30,036 nt of DNA from positions 1 to 30,036 of IMG/VR virus record IMGVR_UViG_3300044676_000865; one strand, given 5' to 3'. Source of the DNA: a virus. Its lineage: Duplodnaviria; Caudoviricetes. Shown here piece after piece: positions 1-9,500 of this stretch (position 1 is the stretch's first letter; every line of letters begins with the position of its first letter). The position numbers and the translations under genes were made by a program. The notes under the pieces were generated by a model. That model saw only the letters and a list, made by a program, of their open reading frames with translations, was not told where the DNA came from and did no database searches.

Positions 1-1
1 T

Positions 2-94
2 TCATCAGGTGGCAAACCTGGGCAATGGTCTGCCAGAAAAGCGCAGATGGTTGCAAAACAATACAAAGCAAAAGGTGGGGGGTACAAGACGTGA
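2..94 (+). CDS. 3' end of a small basic protein (N-terminal half of a DUF5872-like family), truncated by the window edge
   Basis: Manual translation of frame 2 gives ...SSGGKPGQWSARKAQMVAKQYKAKGGGYKT* (TGA 92-94). The GGKPGQWSARKAQ...YK..GGGY motif is recognised from DUF5872-like proteins. Not in the ORF track. Confidence 0.75.
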   Translation, partial: SSGGKPGQWSARKAQMVAKQYKAKGGGYKT

Positions 95-261
95 AAGTAA
101 ACGCACCGAAAGGATACCACTGGATGAAACAGCCTGATGGTGGATATAAGCTAATGAAACATACAGGTAAGTTTGTCCCTCACAAAGGAGCAAGCTTGTC
201 TGCTAACTTTGCAATACAAAAGGTTCACAATGAGTCTAAAAAGCCCACAAAAAAGTCTTAA
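91..261 (+). CDS. small hypothetical protein (56 aa, VKVNAPKGYHWMK...)
   Basis: GTG at 91 overlaps the upstream TGA (GTGA coupling). The track start at 25 overlaps the upstream gene and is less likely. Confidence 0.6.
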   Translation: MKVNAPKGYHWMKQPDGGYKLMKHTGKFVPHKGASLSANFAIQKVHNESKKPTKKS

Positions 262-682
262 GTCTTGGACTAAACAAAAGTGGAGAACTAAAAGTGGTAA
301 GCCTAGTGCTAAGACTGGTGAACGTTATCTCCCTGATAAGGCTATTAAGTCTCTTAGCAGCAGTGAGTATGCCGCTACAACCAGAGCTAAACGAAAAGGC
401 ACGAAGGCAGGTAAACAGTTTGTAAAACAACCTAAAAAGATTGCAGACAAGGTTAAATCATATAGAGCAGTAGCAGAAGGAGGCGTTATGAAAAAACCAA
501 TGAATGAAGGAATGAAAGCACTTAAGAAAGAAGCACCAGATGTAGCCAAGAAGATGGGCTACAACTACGGTGGTATGACTAAGAAAAAGTCAGGCTACAT
601 GGGTGGTGGAATGGGTAAAATGAATGACATGCGTAAAACAGGAATGTTTTATGGTGGTATGACTAAAAAGAAAAAGGCTTAA
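230..682 (+). CDS. Lys-rich basic protein: C-terminal half of a DUF5872-like domain plus M/K/G-rich tail
   Basis: ATG at 230 (MSLKSPQKSLKSWTKQKWRTKSGKPSAKTGERYLP...) is preceded by AAAGG. The tail carries repeated xxxGG motifs. Confidence 0.75.
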   Translation: MSLKSPQKSLKSWTKQKWRTKSGKPSAKTGERYLPDKAIKSLSSSEYAATTRAKRKGTKAGKQFVKQPKKIADKVKSYRAVAEGGVMKKPMNEGMKALKKEAPDVAKKMGYNYGGMTKKKSGYMGGGMGKMNDMRKTGMFYGGMTKKKKA

Positions 683-683
683 A

Positions 684-917
684 ATGAAACTAGATGGTGA
701 TAAAGTAGTTGATCAATACGGTGCTGTTCTTGCGGAATATATTCGTGGGGAATGGCACACTAAAGATCCTGCCGTATTGGATTTTGTAAAAGATACAAAA
801 GAAGTAAAAGTACGTGCTCGTAATGACAAGGGTCAACTTGTTGGGGATGATCCTTCTACTCCTGATGTAAACGAAGCTTGGACTACTAAGGTAGTTAAGA
901 AAGTAAAAGGTAAATAG
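684..917 (+). CDS. hypothetical protein with RARxxxGxxxxDDPSTPDVNEAW motif
   Basis: 77-aa ORF starting 1 nt after the upstream stop; contains RARNDKGQLVGDDPSTPDVNEAW. Confidence 0.75.
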   Translation: MKLDGDKVVDQYGAVLAEYIRGEWHTKDPAVLDFVKDTKEVKVRARNDKGQLVGDDPSTPDVNEAWTTKVVKKVKGK

Positions 918-1282
918 TGACTATACTAGCAGATGCTAAATTCTTTTCAGCGGCTAAAGACCTCACTGCAACTGCAGGTGGGGCAAGTGGTAATGTTATC
1001 TATACTTGCCCTAATAACTATACAAGCCTTATTAAATTCCTGCATGTATCTATTGGAGCTAACTCTACTAAAAAGTATAGCCTTCAATGGTATGAAGCTT
1101 CTACTACAACTTATCATTTTATTGTGGATGATCACAGTCTTGCAGGTAACAGTCTTGAAGAGGTAGTACAAGGTGGTAGTTACCTTGCACTATCTCCTGG
1201 AGATAAAATTGTAGGTTTTGAGGAATCAGGTGCAGATGCTCATATTATACTATCGGGTGAGGAGCATTACCAACCGACATAA
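917..1282 (+). CDS. small beta-rich hypothetical protein (possible minor virion protein)
   Basis: GTG start overlaps the upstream TAG, with AAAGG upstream. The IYTCPNN motif and alternating beta pattern are typical of small marine-phage proteins. Confidence 0.65.
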   Translation: MTILADAKFFSAAKDLTATAGGASGNVIYTCPNNYTSLIKFLHVSIGANSTKKYSLQWYEASTTTYHFIVDDHSLAGNSLEEVVQGGSYLALSPGDKIVGFEESGADAHIILSGEEHYQPT

Positions 1283-1323
1283 CGGGATTGCATTTTTGTC
1301 TGTAGTAAGTCACTGTAAAATAT

Positions 1324-1333
1324 AGTATAACTA
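1324..1333 (+). promoter_or_regulatory. putative -10-like promoter box AGTATAACTA
   Basis: An identical 10-mer occurs at 13079-13088, where it sits 16 nt downstream of TTGACA. No good -35 here. Confidence 0.45.
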
Positions 1334-1365
1334 CTCCTGTCCAGATAGGGCTAACACAGGAGTAG
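1331..1365 (+). promoter_or_regulatory. RBS-sequestering hairpin upstream of the DUF1127 gene
   Basis: CTACTCCTGT (1331-1340) is the exact reverse complement of ACAGGAGTAG (1356-1365), with a 15-nt loop. The 3' arm contains SD AGGAG; ATG is at 1369. Confidence 0.7.
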
Positions 1366-1368
1366 AAA

Positions 1369-1533
1369 ATGTTTAGAAAATTACTTAATAGAATAATAGA
1401 GGCAAGAACAGAGTCAGCTAGACGTAAGATTGCACGTATGCAACTTTATAGTATGACTGACAGAGAGCTACGAGACTTAGGTATTGGTAGATATGATATA
1501 GAAAGAGTTATACTTACAGGTAAAGCTCTTTGA
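1369..1533 (+). CDS. DUF1127 (YjiS/CcaF1-like) small Arg-rich protein, 54 aa
   Basis: Manual translation: MFRKLLNRIIEARTESARRKIARMQLYSMTDRELRDLGIGRYDIERVILTGKAL*. LxxMTDRELRDLGIxRxDI is the DUF1127 signature. AGGAG SD at 1358-1362. Below the ORF-track length cutoff. Confidence 0.85.
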   Translation: MFRKLLNRIIEARTESARRKIARMQLYSMTDRELRDLGIGRYDIERVILTGKAL

Positions 1534-1584
1534 AGAACGCAATAAGTTCTTTAATGATACTAGGAGTACTTTGGGAGGAGGCTC

Positions 1585-2043
1585 GTGGACCCAGTTACAA
1601 TAATCGGTGGAGCTACCGTAGCGTTCAATGCGTTGAAGAAAGGCTTTCAGGTAGGTAAAGACCTACAAGATATGTCAGGACAGTTGACTCAATGGGCAGG
1701 TTGCATGAGTGATCTGTCCTACGCTGAACAGAAAAACAAAAACCCTCCTTGGTGGAAAGCACTCAATGGTGGGTCTGTTGAAGCAGAAGCTCTAGAGATA
1801 TTCACAGCTAAAAGAAAAGCTGAAGCAATGAGAAAAGAGCTAAAAGACTGGATTAGTTTTAGTATGGGGCCATCTGCTTGGGATGAACTTGTAGCGACTG
1901 AAGGTAAAATACGTAAACAAAAGAAAGAACAAGAGTACCGTAAAGCAGAGATACAAGAAGCAATAATTACTTGGGGTATCTCAGGTGTTCTTCTTTTAGC
2001 AGGTGCAGGTACTTTAGGTTTTATAATTTATATGGTGGCATAA
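1585..2043 (+). CDS. hypothetical membrane-anchored protein
   Basis: GTG start with strong GGAGGAGG SD. Helical, charged body and hydrophobic C-terminus (IITWGISGVLLLAGAGTLGFIIYMVA). Confidence 0.75.
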   Translation: MDPVTIIGGATVAFNALKKGFQVGKDLQDMSGQLTQWAGCMSDLSYAEQKNKNPPWWKALNGGSVEAEALEIFTAKRKAEAMRKELKDWISFSMGPSAWDELVATEGKIRKQKKEQEYRKAEIQEAIITWGISGVLLLAGAGTLGFIIYMVA

Positions 2044-2411
2044 TGGCAAGAAACTTAACAGAAAAACAACAGAAGTTCTTAGACGTACTGTTTGAAGAAG
2101 CTGGAGGTAATCTAGTTAAAGCTAGAAAACTTGCAGGTTATGCAGATGGGGTAGCTACAAAAGCTATTGCAGAGTCTTTAGCAGAAGAGATTGCAGACCT
2201 TACAAAGAAGTTTATTTCTTCGTCAGCTGTAAAAGCTGCATACTCAATGTTTGAGGTTATGAACAATCCTACAGACTTAGGTAATAAAGAAAAGATGGCA
2301 GCTGCTAAAGATGTTTTAGATCGTAGTGGTTTTATTAAGACAGAAAAAGTAGAAGTATCTGCAGCTAATCCACTATTTATATTACCACAGAAAGCTAATG
2401 AAGACGAATAG
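2043..2411 (+). CDS. terS: putative terminase small subunit (HTH)
   Basis: ATG at 2043 overlaps the upstream TAA. N-terminus LTEKQQKFLDVLFEEAGGNLVKARKLAGY fits the TerS helix-turn-helix pattern; AAAKDVLDRSG near the C-end; lies upstream of terL. Confidence 0.6.
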   Translation: MARNLTEKQQKFLDVLFEEAGGNLVKARKLAGYADGVATKAIAESLAEEIADLTKKFISSSAVKAAYSMFEVMNNPTDLGNKEKMAAAKDVLDRSGFIKTEKVEVSAANPLFILPQKANEDE

Positions 2412-2811
2412 AACTTGGAAGTTACCCAAACCTGTAGAGGTAGATGGTGAATATGAGTGGCAACCCGTTGTAAGAGTTGGTAGACATGTACCATTTGGGT
2501 ATAGACAAGACCCTGATGACTGTGATATACTACTACCAATTCCAGAAGAACTAGAGTTGTTTGAAAAAGCTAAGAAGTTTATAAAGCAATACAGTTACCG
2601 AGAAGTAGCAGCTTGGCTCAGTACTCAATCTGGAAAATACATTTCACATGTAGGATTATACAAGAGAGTAAAAATTGAGCAACAACGTAAGAACGAAGCT
2701 TCAACTCAACGTTACCTCGCCCAAAGGTACAAAGAAGCGTTACAAAAAGCGGAAAAGCTTGAAACCCAAAGACTCGGTTACAGAGAAAGAGTTAGTTCCA
2801 GCCCAACCTAA
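2398..2811 (+). CDS. hypothetical protein resembling the stand-alone DNA-binding 'recombinase' domain of large serine recombinases
   Basis: HVPFGYRQD...LLPIPEE...YSYREVAAWL...ISHVGLYKRV resembles the PYGY...E...S...IA..L pattern. No catalytic resolvase domain. Confidence 0.55.
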   Translation: MKTNRTWKLPKPVEVDGEYEWQPVVRVGRHVPFGYRQDPDDCDILLPIPEELELFEKAKKFIKQYSYREVAAWLSTQSGKYISHVGLYKRVKIEQQRKNEASTQRYLAQRYKEALQKAEKLETQRLGYRERVSSSPT

Positions 2812-4237
2812 GCCTGAAGAAATAGACTTCGAAAAAGCTAGAGAAGTTATCTTTGAGCCTAACCCTGGACCTCAGACTAGTTTTTTAGCGGCAACAGAAC
2901 AAGAAGTTCTTTATGGAGGAGCAGCAGGTGGTGGTAAGTCTTATGCGATGGTTGCAGACCCAGTGCGGTACTTGGGGAATCCAAATGCACGAATGCTACT
3001 TGTTCGTAGGAGCACAGAAGAGCTTAGAGAGCTTATATCAGTAAGTAAACAACTTTATCCCAAAGCTATACCTGGAATAAAGTTTATGGAAAGAGATAAA
3101 ACTTGGGTAGCTCCATCAGGTGCTACATTGTGGATGTCCTACCTCGACAGAGAGGATGACGTTATGAGATACCAAGGTCAAGCCTTTAACTGGATTGGCT
3201 TTGACGAACTTACACAATGGCCTACACCTTATGCATGGAATTATATGAGATCACGTCTCCGTACAACAAGGGCTTCCGGTTTGCCACTGTATATGAGAGC
3301 GACTAGCAACCCTGGAGGTCCAGGCCATCAGTGGGTAAAAAGAACGTTTATTGACCCTCAAGTGCCTAATAACTCGTTCCATGCTACTGATGAAAATGGG
3401 GAAGTGATACAGTGGCCTAAAGGTCACAGTCGAGAGGGTGAGCCTCTGTTCAAACGTAAGTTTATTCCTGCCACCCTTTTCGACAACCCTTATTTATCAG
3501 ATGATGGTTTATACGAAGCCAATCTTCTGTCGTTACCTGAACATCAACGTAGACAACTACTCGAAGGTGATTGGGATATAAACGAAGGTGCAGCTTTTCC
3601 TGAGTTTAATAGAAACATACACGTAGTAGAGCCTTACGAGATACCTTCTAACTGGGTTCACTTTAGAGCTTGTGATTATGGTTACGGTTCATACACTGGC
3701 ATTCTTTGGTTTACTATGGTTCCTGGATCTGAACAGCTAGTAGTATACAGAGAACTCTACGTATCAAAGGTCACAGCTACTGACCTAGCTGACATGGTAC
3801 TAGAAATAGAAAATGAGTCAGGAGAAAACATACGTTACGGAGTTCTTGACTCATCTCTTTGGCACAAACGTGGAGATACTGGCCCAAGCCTAGCAGAACA
3901 AATGATCTTAAAAGGTTGTCGTTGGAGACCCTCAGATAGATCAAAAGGTTCTCGTGTAGCAGGTAAAAATGAATTACATAGACGATTGCAAGTAGATGAA
4001 TTTACGGAGGAACCTAGACTTGTGTTTTTTTCTAGTTGCACTAACCTTATATCTCAGTTACCCTCTATTCCGTTAGATAAGAAAAATCCAGAGGATGTAG
4101 ATACACACGCAGAAGACCACTTGTATGATGCCTTAAGGTATGGTATAATGACTAGACCAAGAAGTAATATATTTGATTTTGATCCTGCAGCACAACGTAC
4201 AGGTTTTCAAGCATCAGATCCAACATTTGGATACTAA
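2675..4237 (+). CDS. terL: terminase large subunit (start uncertain; TTG at 2675 or 2759)
   Basis: Walker A YGGAAGGGKS, Walker B WIGFDE, motif III ATSNPGG, nuclease motifs ACDYGY and EDHLYDALRY. Confidence 0.95.
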   Translation: MSNNVRTKLQLNVTSPKGTKKRYKKRKSLKPKDSVTEKELVPAQPKPEEIDFEKAREVIFEPNPGPQTSFLAATEQEVLYGGAAGGGKSYAMVADPVRYLGNPNARMLLVRRSTEELRELISVSKQLYPKAIPGIKFMERDKTWVAPSGATLWMSYLDREDDVMRYQGQAFNWIGFDELTQWPTPYAWNYMRSRLRTTRASGLPLYMRATSNPGGPGHQWVKRTFIDPQVPNNSFHATDENGEVIQWPKGHSREGEPLFKRKFIPATLFDNPYLSDDGLYEANLLSLPEHQRRQLLEGDWDINEGAAFPEFNRNIHVVEPYEIPSNWVHFRACDYGYGSYTGILWFTMVPGSEQLVVYRELYVSKVTATDLADMVLEIENESGENIRYGVLDSSLWHKRGDTGPSLAEQMILKGCRWRPSDRSKGSRVAGKNELHRRLQVDEFTEEPRLVFFSSCTNLISQLPSIPLDKKNPEDVDTHAEDHLYDALRYGIMTRPRSNIFDFDPAAQRTGFQASDPTFGY

Positions 4238-4246
4238 GGAAATAAA

Positions 4247-6346
4247 ATGGCAGAAGAAGATTTTGAAGAAATGATTATGGACATGGAAGAGACATCAGCT
4301 ATAGAAGATGTTGCTGAAGAAGATTATTCAGATCCACTTACAGGTCAGATTATCCAGTTTGTTAAAAATAAATACAGTAAAGCTGAAACAGCTAGACAAC
4401 TAGATGAAGAACGTTGGATTCAAGCTTACAGAAACTACCGTGGTTTATATGGACCTGATGTACAGTTTACTTCTACGGAAAAATCTAGGGTATTTGTTAA
4501 AGTAACTAAAACAAAAGTTCTTGCAGCATATGGTCAAATAGCAGAAGTTTTATTTGGCGGTAATAAATTTCCAGTAACTATTGACCCTACTACTCTTCCA
4601 GAGGGAGTTCCTGAGACTGTAAATTTTGAATCTAACGATGAATTGATGAAAGCAAAAGAAACACCAGACTTAGAGCCTGGAGAAACTTTTCCAGACTTTT
4701 TAGACAGATTAGGTGGTTTAGAAGATGAACTGGAGCCTGTAGCAGAAAAACTAGAGGAAGGGCCAGGATCAACTCCAAGTGCTATTCAACTCCATCCTGC
4801 AGAAATTGCAGCTAAAAAGATGGAAAAGAAAATACATGATCAGTTAGAAGAATCTCATGCAAAGAAACATTTACGTGCTGCTGCTTTTGAGTCAGCACTT
4901 TTTGGTACAGGGGTTATGAAAGGCCCGTTTGCTATAGATAAAGAATACCCAAACTGGGATGATGAGGGCAACTACTCTCCTATGTTTAAAACAGTTCCAC
5001 AAACTACGTCTGTATCTATCTGGAACTTTTACCCAGACCCCGATGCAGCTACTATGGAAGAAGCAGAGTACGTTGTAGAACGCCACAAGATGTCACGTTC
5101 TCAAGTACGTGGTTTAAAGAATCGTCCTTATTTTCGTGAGAATGCTGTAGACAATGCTTTACGACTTGGTGAAAGCTACCGCAAACAGTGGTGGGAACAC
5201 ATCATGGAAGATAACTCAGAAGAAGATAGAGCTGATCGTTTTGAGGTTCTAGAGTTCTGGGGTTTTGTGGATAGAGAAATAATAGAAGATCAAGGGGTAG
5301 ACATACCCTCTGAATTAGAAGATGCGGATCAGCTAAGTGTAAATATCTGGATTTGTAATGGGCAAGTGTTACGTCTTGTAATGAACCCATTTACTCCAGC
5401 TTATATTCCTTACTTTGCAGCTCCTTATGAGATGAATCCATACAGTATTTTTGGTGTAGGTATTGCTGAAAACATGGATGACACTCAAACACTAATGAAC
5501 GGCTTTATGCGAATGGCAGTAGATAATGCAGCTTTGTCTGGTAATCTACTGATTGAGGTAGACGAGACTAATCTCGTCCCAGGGCAAGACCTCTCCGTGT
5601 ATCCAGGAAAAGTGTTTAGGAGACAGGGAGGGGCGCCTGGTCAAGCCATCTTTGGAACTAAGTTTCCTAACGTAAGTAATGAGAACATGCAGATGTTCGA
5701 TAAAGCAAGGGTATTATCAGATGAATCAACTGGCTTTCCTTCTTTTGCTCATGGTCAAACAGGCATACAAGGAGTGGGTCGTACTGCTTCTGGTATTTCT
5801 ATGCTTATGTCTGCTGCCAACGGTAGCATACGTAATGTTGTTAAGAATATAGATGACTATTTACTAGCTCCTTTAGGTAAAGCTTTCTTTAATTTTAATA
5901 TGCAGTTTGACTTTGATACAGAAATTAAAGGTGATCTGGAGGTAAAAGCCCGTGGTACAGAAAGTCTTATGGCTAATGAAGTACGTAGCCAACGCCTTAT
6001 GCAATTTATGCAGGTTGTATCAAACCCTGCGCTTGCTCCATTTGCACGTATGGATTACATTGTACGTGAAATTGCTAAGTCAATGGATCTTGATCCAGAT
6101 AAAGTTGGCAACAATATGGCAGAAGCTGCGGTTCAAGCTGAAATACTGAAAAAATTCCAAGCTGAGAACCCACCACCTGCTCCACCACCAGGTGCTCCAG
6201 GTCAAGGAGGTCCACAGGGCGCTCCTGCAGGGGTACAGGTGCAGGATACCCAAGGTAGTGGGGGTGGCACTATAGGAACTGGAACAGCCCCTCAGCCAGG
6301 AGAACAGGGCTTCTCAGGTAATACTGGCCCACAACAGGTACAATGA
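4247..6346 (+). CDS. portal (head-tail connector) protein
   Basis: 699 aa directly after terL, AAGGA SD. Podoviral portal-like segments (SALFGTGVMK, FYPDP, GVGRTASGISML) and a P/G/Q-rich tail. Confidence 0.9.
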   Translation: MAEEDFEEMIMDMEETSAIEDVAEEDYSDPLTGQIIQFVKNKYSKAETARQLDEERWIQAYRNYRGLYGPDVQFTSTEKSRVFVKVTKTKVLAAYGQIAEVLFGGNKFPVTIDPTTLPEGVPETVNFESNDELMKAKETPDLEPGETFPDFLDRLGGLEDELEPVAEKLEEGPGSTPSAIQLHPAEIAAKKMEKKIHDQLEESHAKKHLRAAAFESALFGTGVMKGPFAIDKEYPNWDDEGNYSPMFKTVPQTTSVSIWNFYPDPDAATMEEAEYVVERHKMSRSQVRGLKNRPYFRENAVDNALRLGESYRKQWWEHIMEDNSEEDRADRFEVLEFWGFVDREIIEDQGVDIPSELEDADQLSVNIWICNGQVLRLVMNPFTPAYIPYFAAPYEMNPYSIFGVGIAENMDDTQTLMNGFMRMAVDNAALSGNLLIEVDETNLVPGQDLSVYPGKVFRRQGGAPGQAIFGTKFPNVSNENMQMFDKARVLSDESTGFPSFAHGQTGIQGVGRTASGISMLMSAANGSIRNVVKNIDDYLLAPLGKAFFNFNMQFDFDTEIKGDLEVKARGTESLMANEVRSQRLMQFMQVVSNPALAPFARMDYIVREIAKSMDLDPDKVGNNMAEAAVQAEILKKFQAENPPPAPPPGAPGQGGPQGAPAGVQVQDTQGSGGGTIGTGTAPQPGEQGFSGNTGPQQVQ

Positions 6347-6555
6347 AACTAGTCGTGAATAATACTTTAAAACCTTTTGTCAACAATCCAGAGTTGTATA
6401 ATCCATTTATGGAAGAGATAACTAAACGGATAGAAAAGACACACAGACGACTTGAGCAGATCAGTGAAGTAGAAGAACTGTATCGTGCTCAAGGTGAAAT
6501 ACGTACACTTAGATCAATGCTAAGACTGAGGGATGACATTAATGGAAGCTCTTAA
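6343..6555 (+). CDS. small helical hypothetical protein downstream of portal
   Basis: ATGA overlap with the portal stop. The YRAQGE motif is typical of post-portal small proteins. Confidence 0.75.
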   Translation: MKLVVNNTLKPFVNNPELYNPFMEEITKRIEKTHRRLEQISEVEELYRAQGEIRTLRSMLRLRDDINGSS

Positions 6556-9500
6556 AGAATCTTTACGTCCAAGACCTAGACCTAGAATACAGACAGGTAA
6601 AAAGACCCTACGTAATAGGGTTGTTTGGTCAGACGAGACTTCTGAAGATCCTTACTCCGAGATAACTTATACAGTTCCTTGGGGAGAAGGTTATGCTGTT
6701 ATTCCCACAGTAGATGCAAACGGTAATAAACTATCTGTTCCAGATGCCTTAGAAAAAACTTTGGATAAAAAATTATTAACATCTTCAAGAAATCCATTAG
6801 ATTTTGTAACTGGTGAAGAACTTCCTGTATTTTCAACTGAAGAAGAGGCTAACCGTTACGCACAGTGGAGATCAGACACTATGTTTGATGCTGAAGCTAT
6901 AGCTAAAGGTTTTGAAATAGCACCTACTCAAATTTTTCCTGATGCTCCTCCACCTGAAGTAGACAACCGAAGTATTACTAATAAGGTTATAAATAAGCTA
7001 AATAGATTCTTAGCTTACACTGGTGTAAAATCTTACAAGGGTGAGATAGAAGGTTTTGATGAGGGTGCTTTAGTAGAACAAAGACCTATGTCGTTTAGTG
7101 GAGTAGCTGCACCTGATACTAAAGGTTTAAGTTATTCTGAGATTATATTAGACAGTATAATAGGTTTAGAAAATAACTACGAAACTGGTGTAGAAGGTAT
7201 TGTCAAACAGTTTAATCAAGATAGAATGGGGTTTTTAAAGACATTAGGTAAAACTATTTATGATGAGACTGTAGATTTTATATCTTCACCAGTAGATATG
7301 CAAGGGCTTGAAAAAGTCAATCCAATGGTTGCACCAGAACTAAAGGTTGCAGAGTTTGGCGTAAATATAGCTAATGAACTAAAACAAGCAGTTGAAAGAT
7401 TATCTTCTCAAGATCTTAATACTAGACTTCAAAGTATGTTTGGGGTTGATTATAATAATGCCACTGATGATCAGGTATCTAAGGCTAGGGAGTCTGTTCT
7501 TGGTGATGGTTTAATTGTTGCTGAAGTTATACCTGCTGTAAGAGCAGCTAGTAAAGCTGTTCCTGGAGAAGTTAAAGCAGACCTTATGGGTCAAACAAGA
7601 GCTTTACTTGAGGGTGACATTGTAGAGTTTAGTCAAACTTCATCCCAACCACCAAAAGGCGTAGGTGCAAATGTTCCTGGTATGTTCCCCAAAAGATCTG
7701 ATGATGGAATAACATCATATTTAGAAGAAGAAGCACTAGATCCCGATTTTAGTCTTATAGATATGGATCAAAAATATGGGCAGTATCTACCATCTGGTGA
7801 AGCATTTGTAAATACCATGAGGGATGATAAGCTAAACTTACGTAGTCTTTCCGTAGACCCTTACATACCTTTACTTATTGATACACTTGACGGTGTTGAT
7901 TCTGATGAATATACAATAAGTGAAGCTTTCGATACTATAACAAAAGATTTAAAAGACGTTGCAAAACAAAGATCATCATATTACGTACCATTTTTAAATG
8001 ATAAAGATATAAAATTAGAAGACGTACCTAGCATTACTGATCAACAAGTAAATCAGTTCAATGAGCATGGTTATTATAATTTTAATCGTCTTACAATCGA
8101 TTTAGGGTTTGGCCCTAAGTTTAAAGAAATAGGTGAAGTTACATTACCAGATGTTGTTACTACAGATTATTTTGAACAAGTACAAGCTGACCTTCTTTTT
8201 AGTATAGAAAAGAAAATTAAAAAAGAAATACCAGAGTTACCGTTTAATAAATTAGCACGTTTAGTTGGGCTGTCAAATTCAGATGAGTTACTTTCTGATA
8301 TAACAAAAGATCAACTTGCAACTATGAATACTTATAGTGAAGCTAGCACAAAAAGAGATTTTCTTGATAAACAATTAACTGAATTTATAATTGAATCAGG
8401 TCTTTTAGATGGACATTATATATCTGACCCTAGAAAGTACAGAAGGGTTACAAAAAATCCTATTAACGACTCAGAAAATTTTTTTGATTTAGATGCTGAT
8501 GCAGCTTTTTTTGCCGATCTTACACCTAGAACTACCCGAGTTGATGCTAACACAGGTAGAACTATCTCTGAAACAGACCCAGGAAAAATTATAGATGGGC
8601 AAAGAAAATATAAATTTGAAGCAGTGTTTGGAGCAGTTACAACGGAAAACCCTCTTCCTTTGTTTAATGTTACTAATAACGAATCTTTTTTAATTAATGG
8701 TATAAAAGAATCTCTAAAAGATTATTTAAGAAAATTAGACCTCAATCAAAAAACACCTCAAGGAGATACTTTAGGTGAAGTTTCAAAAGTTTATACTGAA
8801 GATCTTATAGCTACTGAAGCAAGAAGAGAATTAATATCTGGGCCAAACACATCTACAGTTAAAGATTTAGAAAATATAGGTAAAATAGTTCTTTTAGAGT
8901 TAGGGCAGTCAGCTAATAAAGCTGTTCCTGGTGCTAGAGTACTTGAAGCTTTAGAAAATGATCCACGAATTAAAAATGCAAATATACCCCCTTATTTTAA
9001 AAGTTCTCAATTTAAGGGTAGGATGGTTACTCCTTTAGAGTATGAAGAATTAGCAGACGAATATTATAAAAAAAGTCCTGCAGTTACTTATCCTGAAGAA
9101 GTGTCGAATAATTATGATGATTTTCAAAGACAAGATTTTAATCAAAATCCTAACAGTGGTAGGTTTGTAGGCGGAAATGTTGTAGAAACTTATCAAAGAG
9201 AAATAATTGCTGAAGCAAGTCCAGAGAACAGAGTTCCAGCATTTACTGTAAGAAATCAACAGCATTACGATGATAGAGGATTAGCTCATACACGTTACAC
9301 TGAAATAGAGCCTATAGACGTAACTGATGAATCTGCTATTAGAGAGACTTACCCTGAATTAGAACTTAGAGACTTAGATACAGATCTTGCAAAAGGCTTA
9401 GAAGATTTTGAATCTATAATTAACTATGAAAATTACTTTCTTGTAGATGAATTACAATCTGATCTTATATCTAGAGGTTATAATGTTTACAAACGAATAC

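Noticed and set aside
1530-1658. 42-codon TTG ORF (LKNAISSLMILGVLWEEARG...) coupled to the DUF1127 stop
   Set aside because: It overlaps the strong SD and first 74 nt of the 1585 gene, has a weak start and no recognisable motif. It cannot be supported without homologues.
2398-2811. Functional serine integrase or prophage marker
   Set aside because: Only 137 aa and lacking the catalytic YxRxS domain; no att-like site or host genes in the window.
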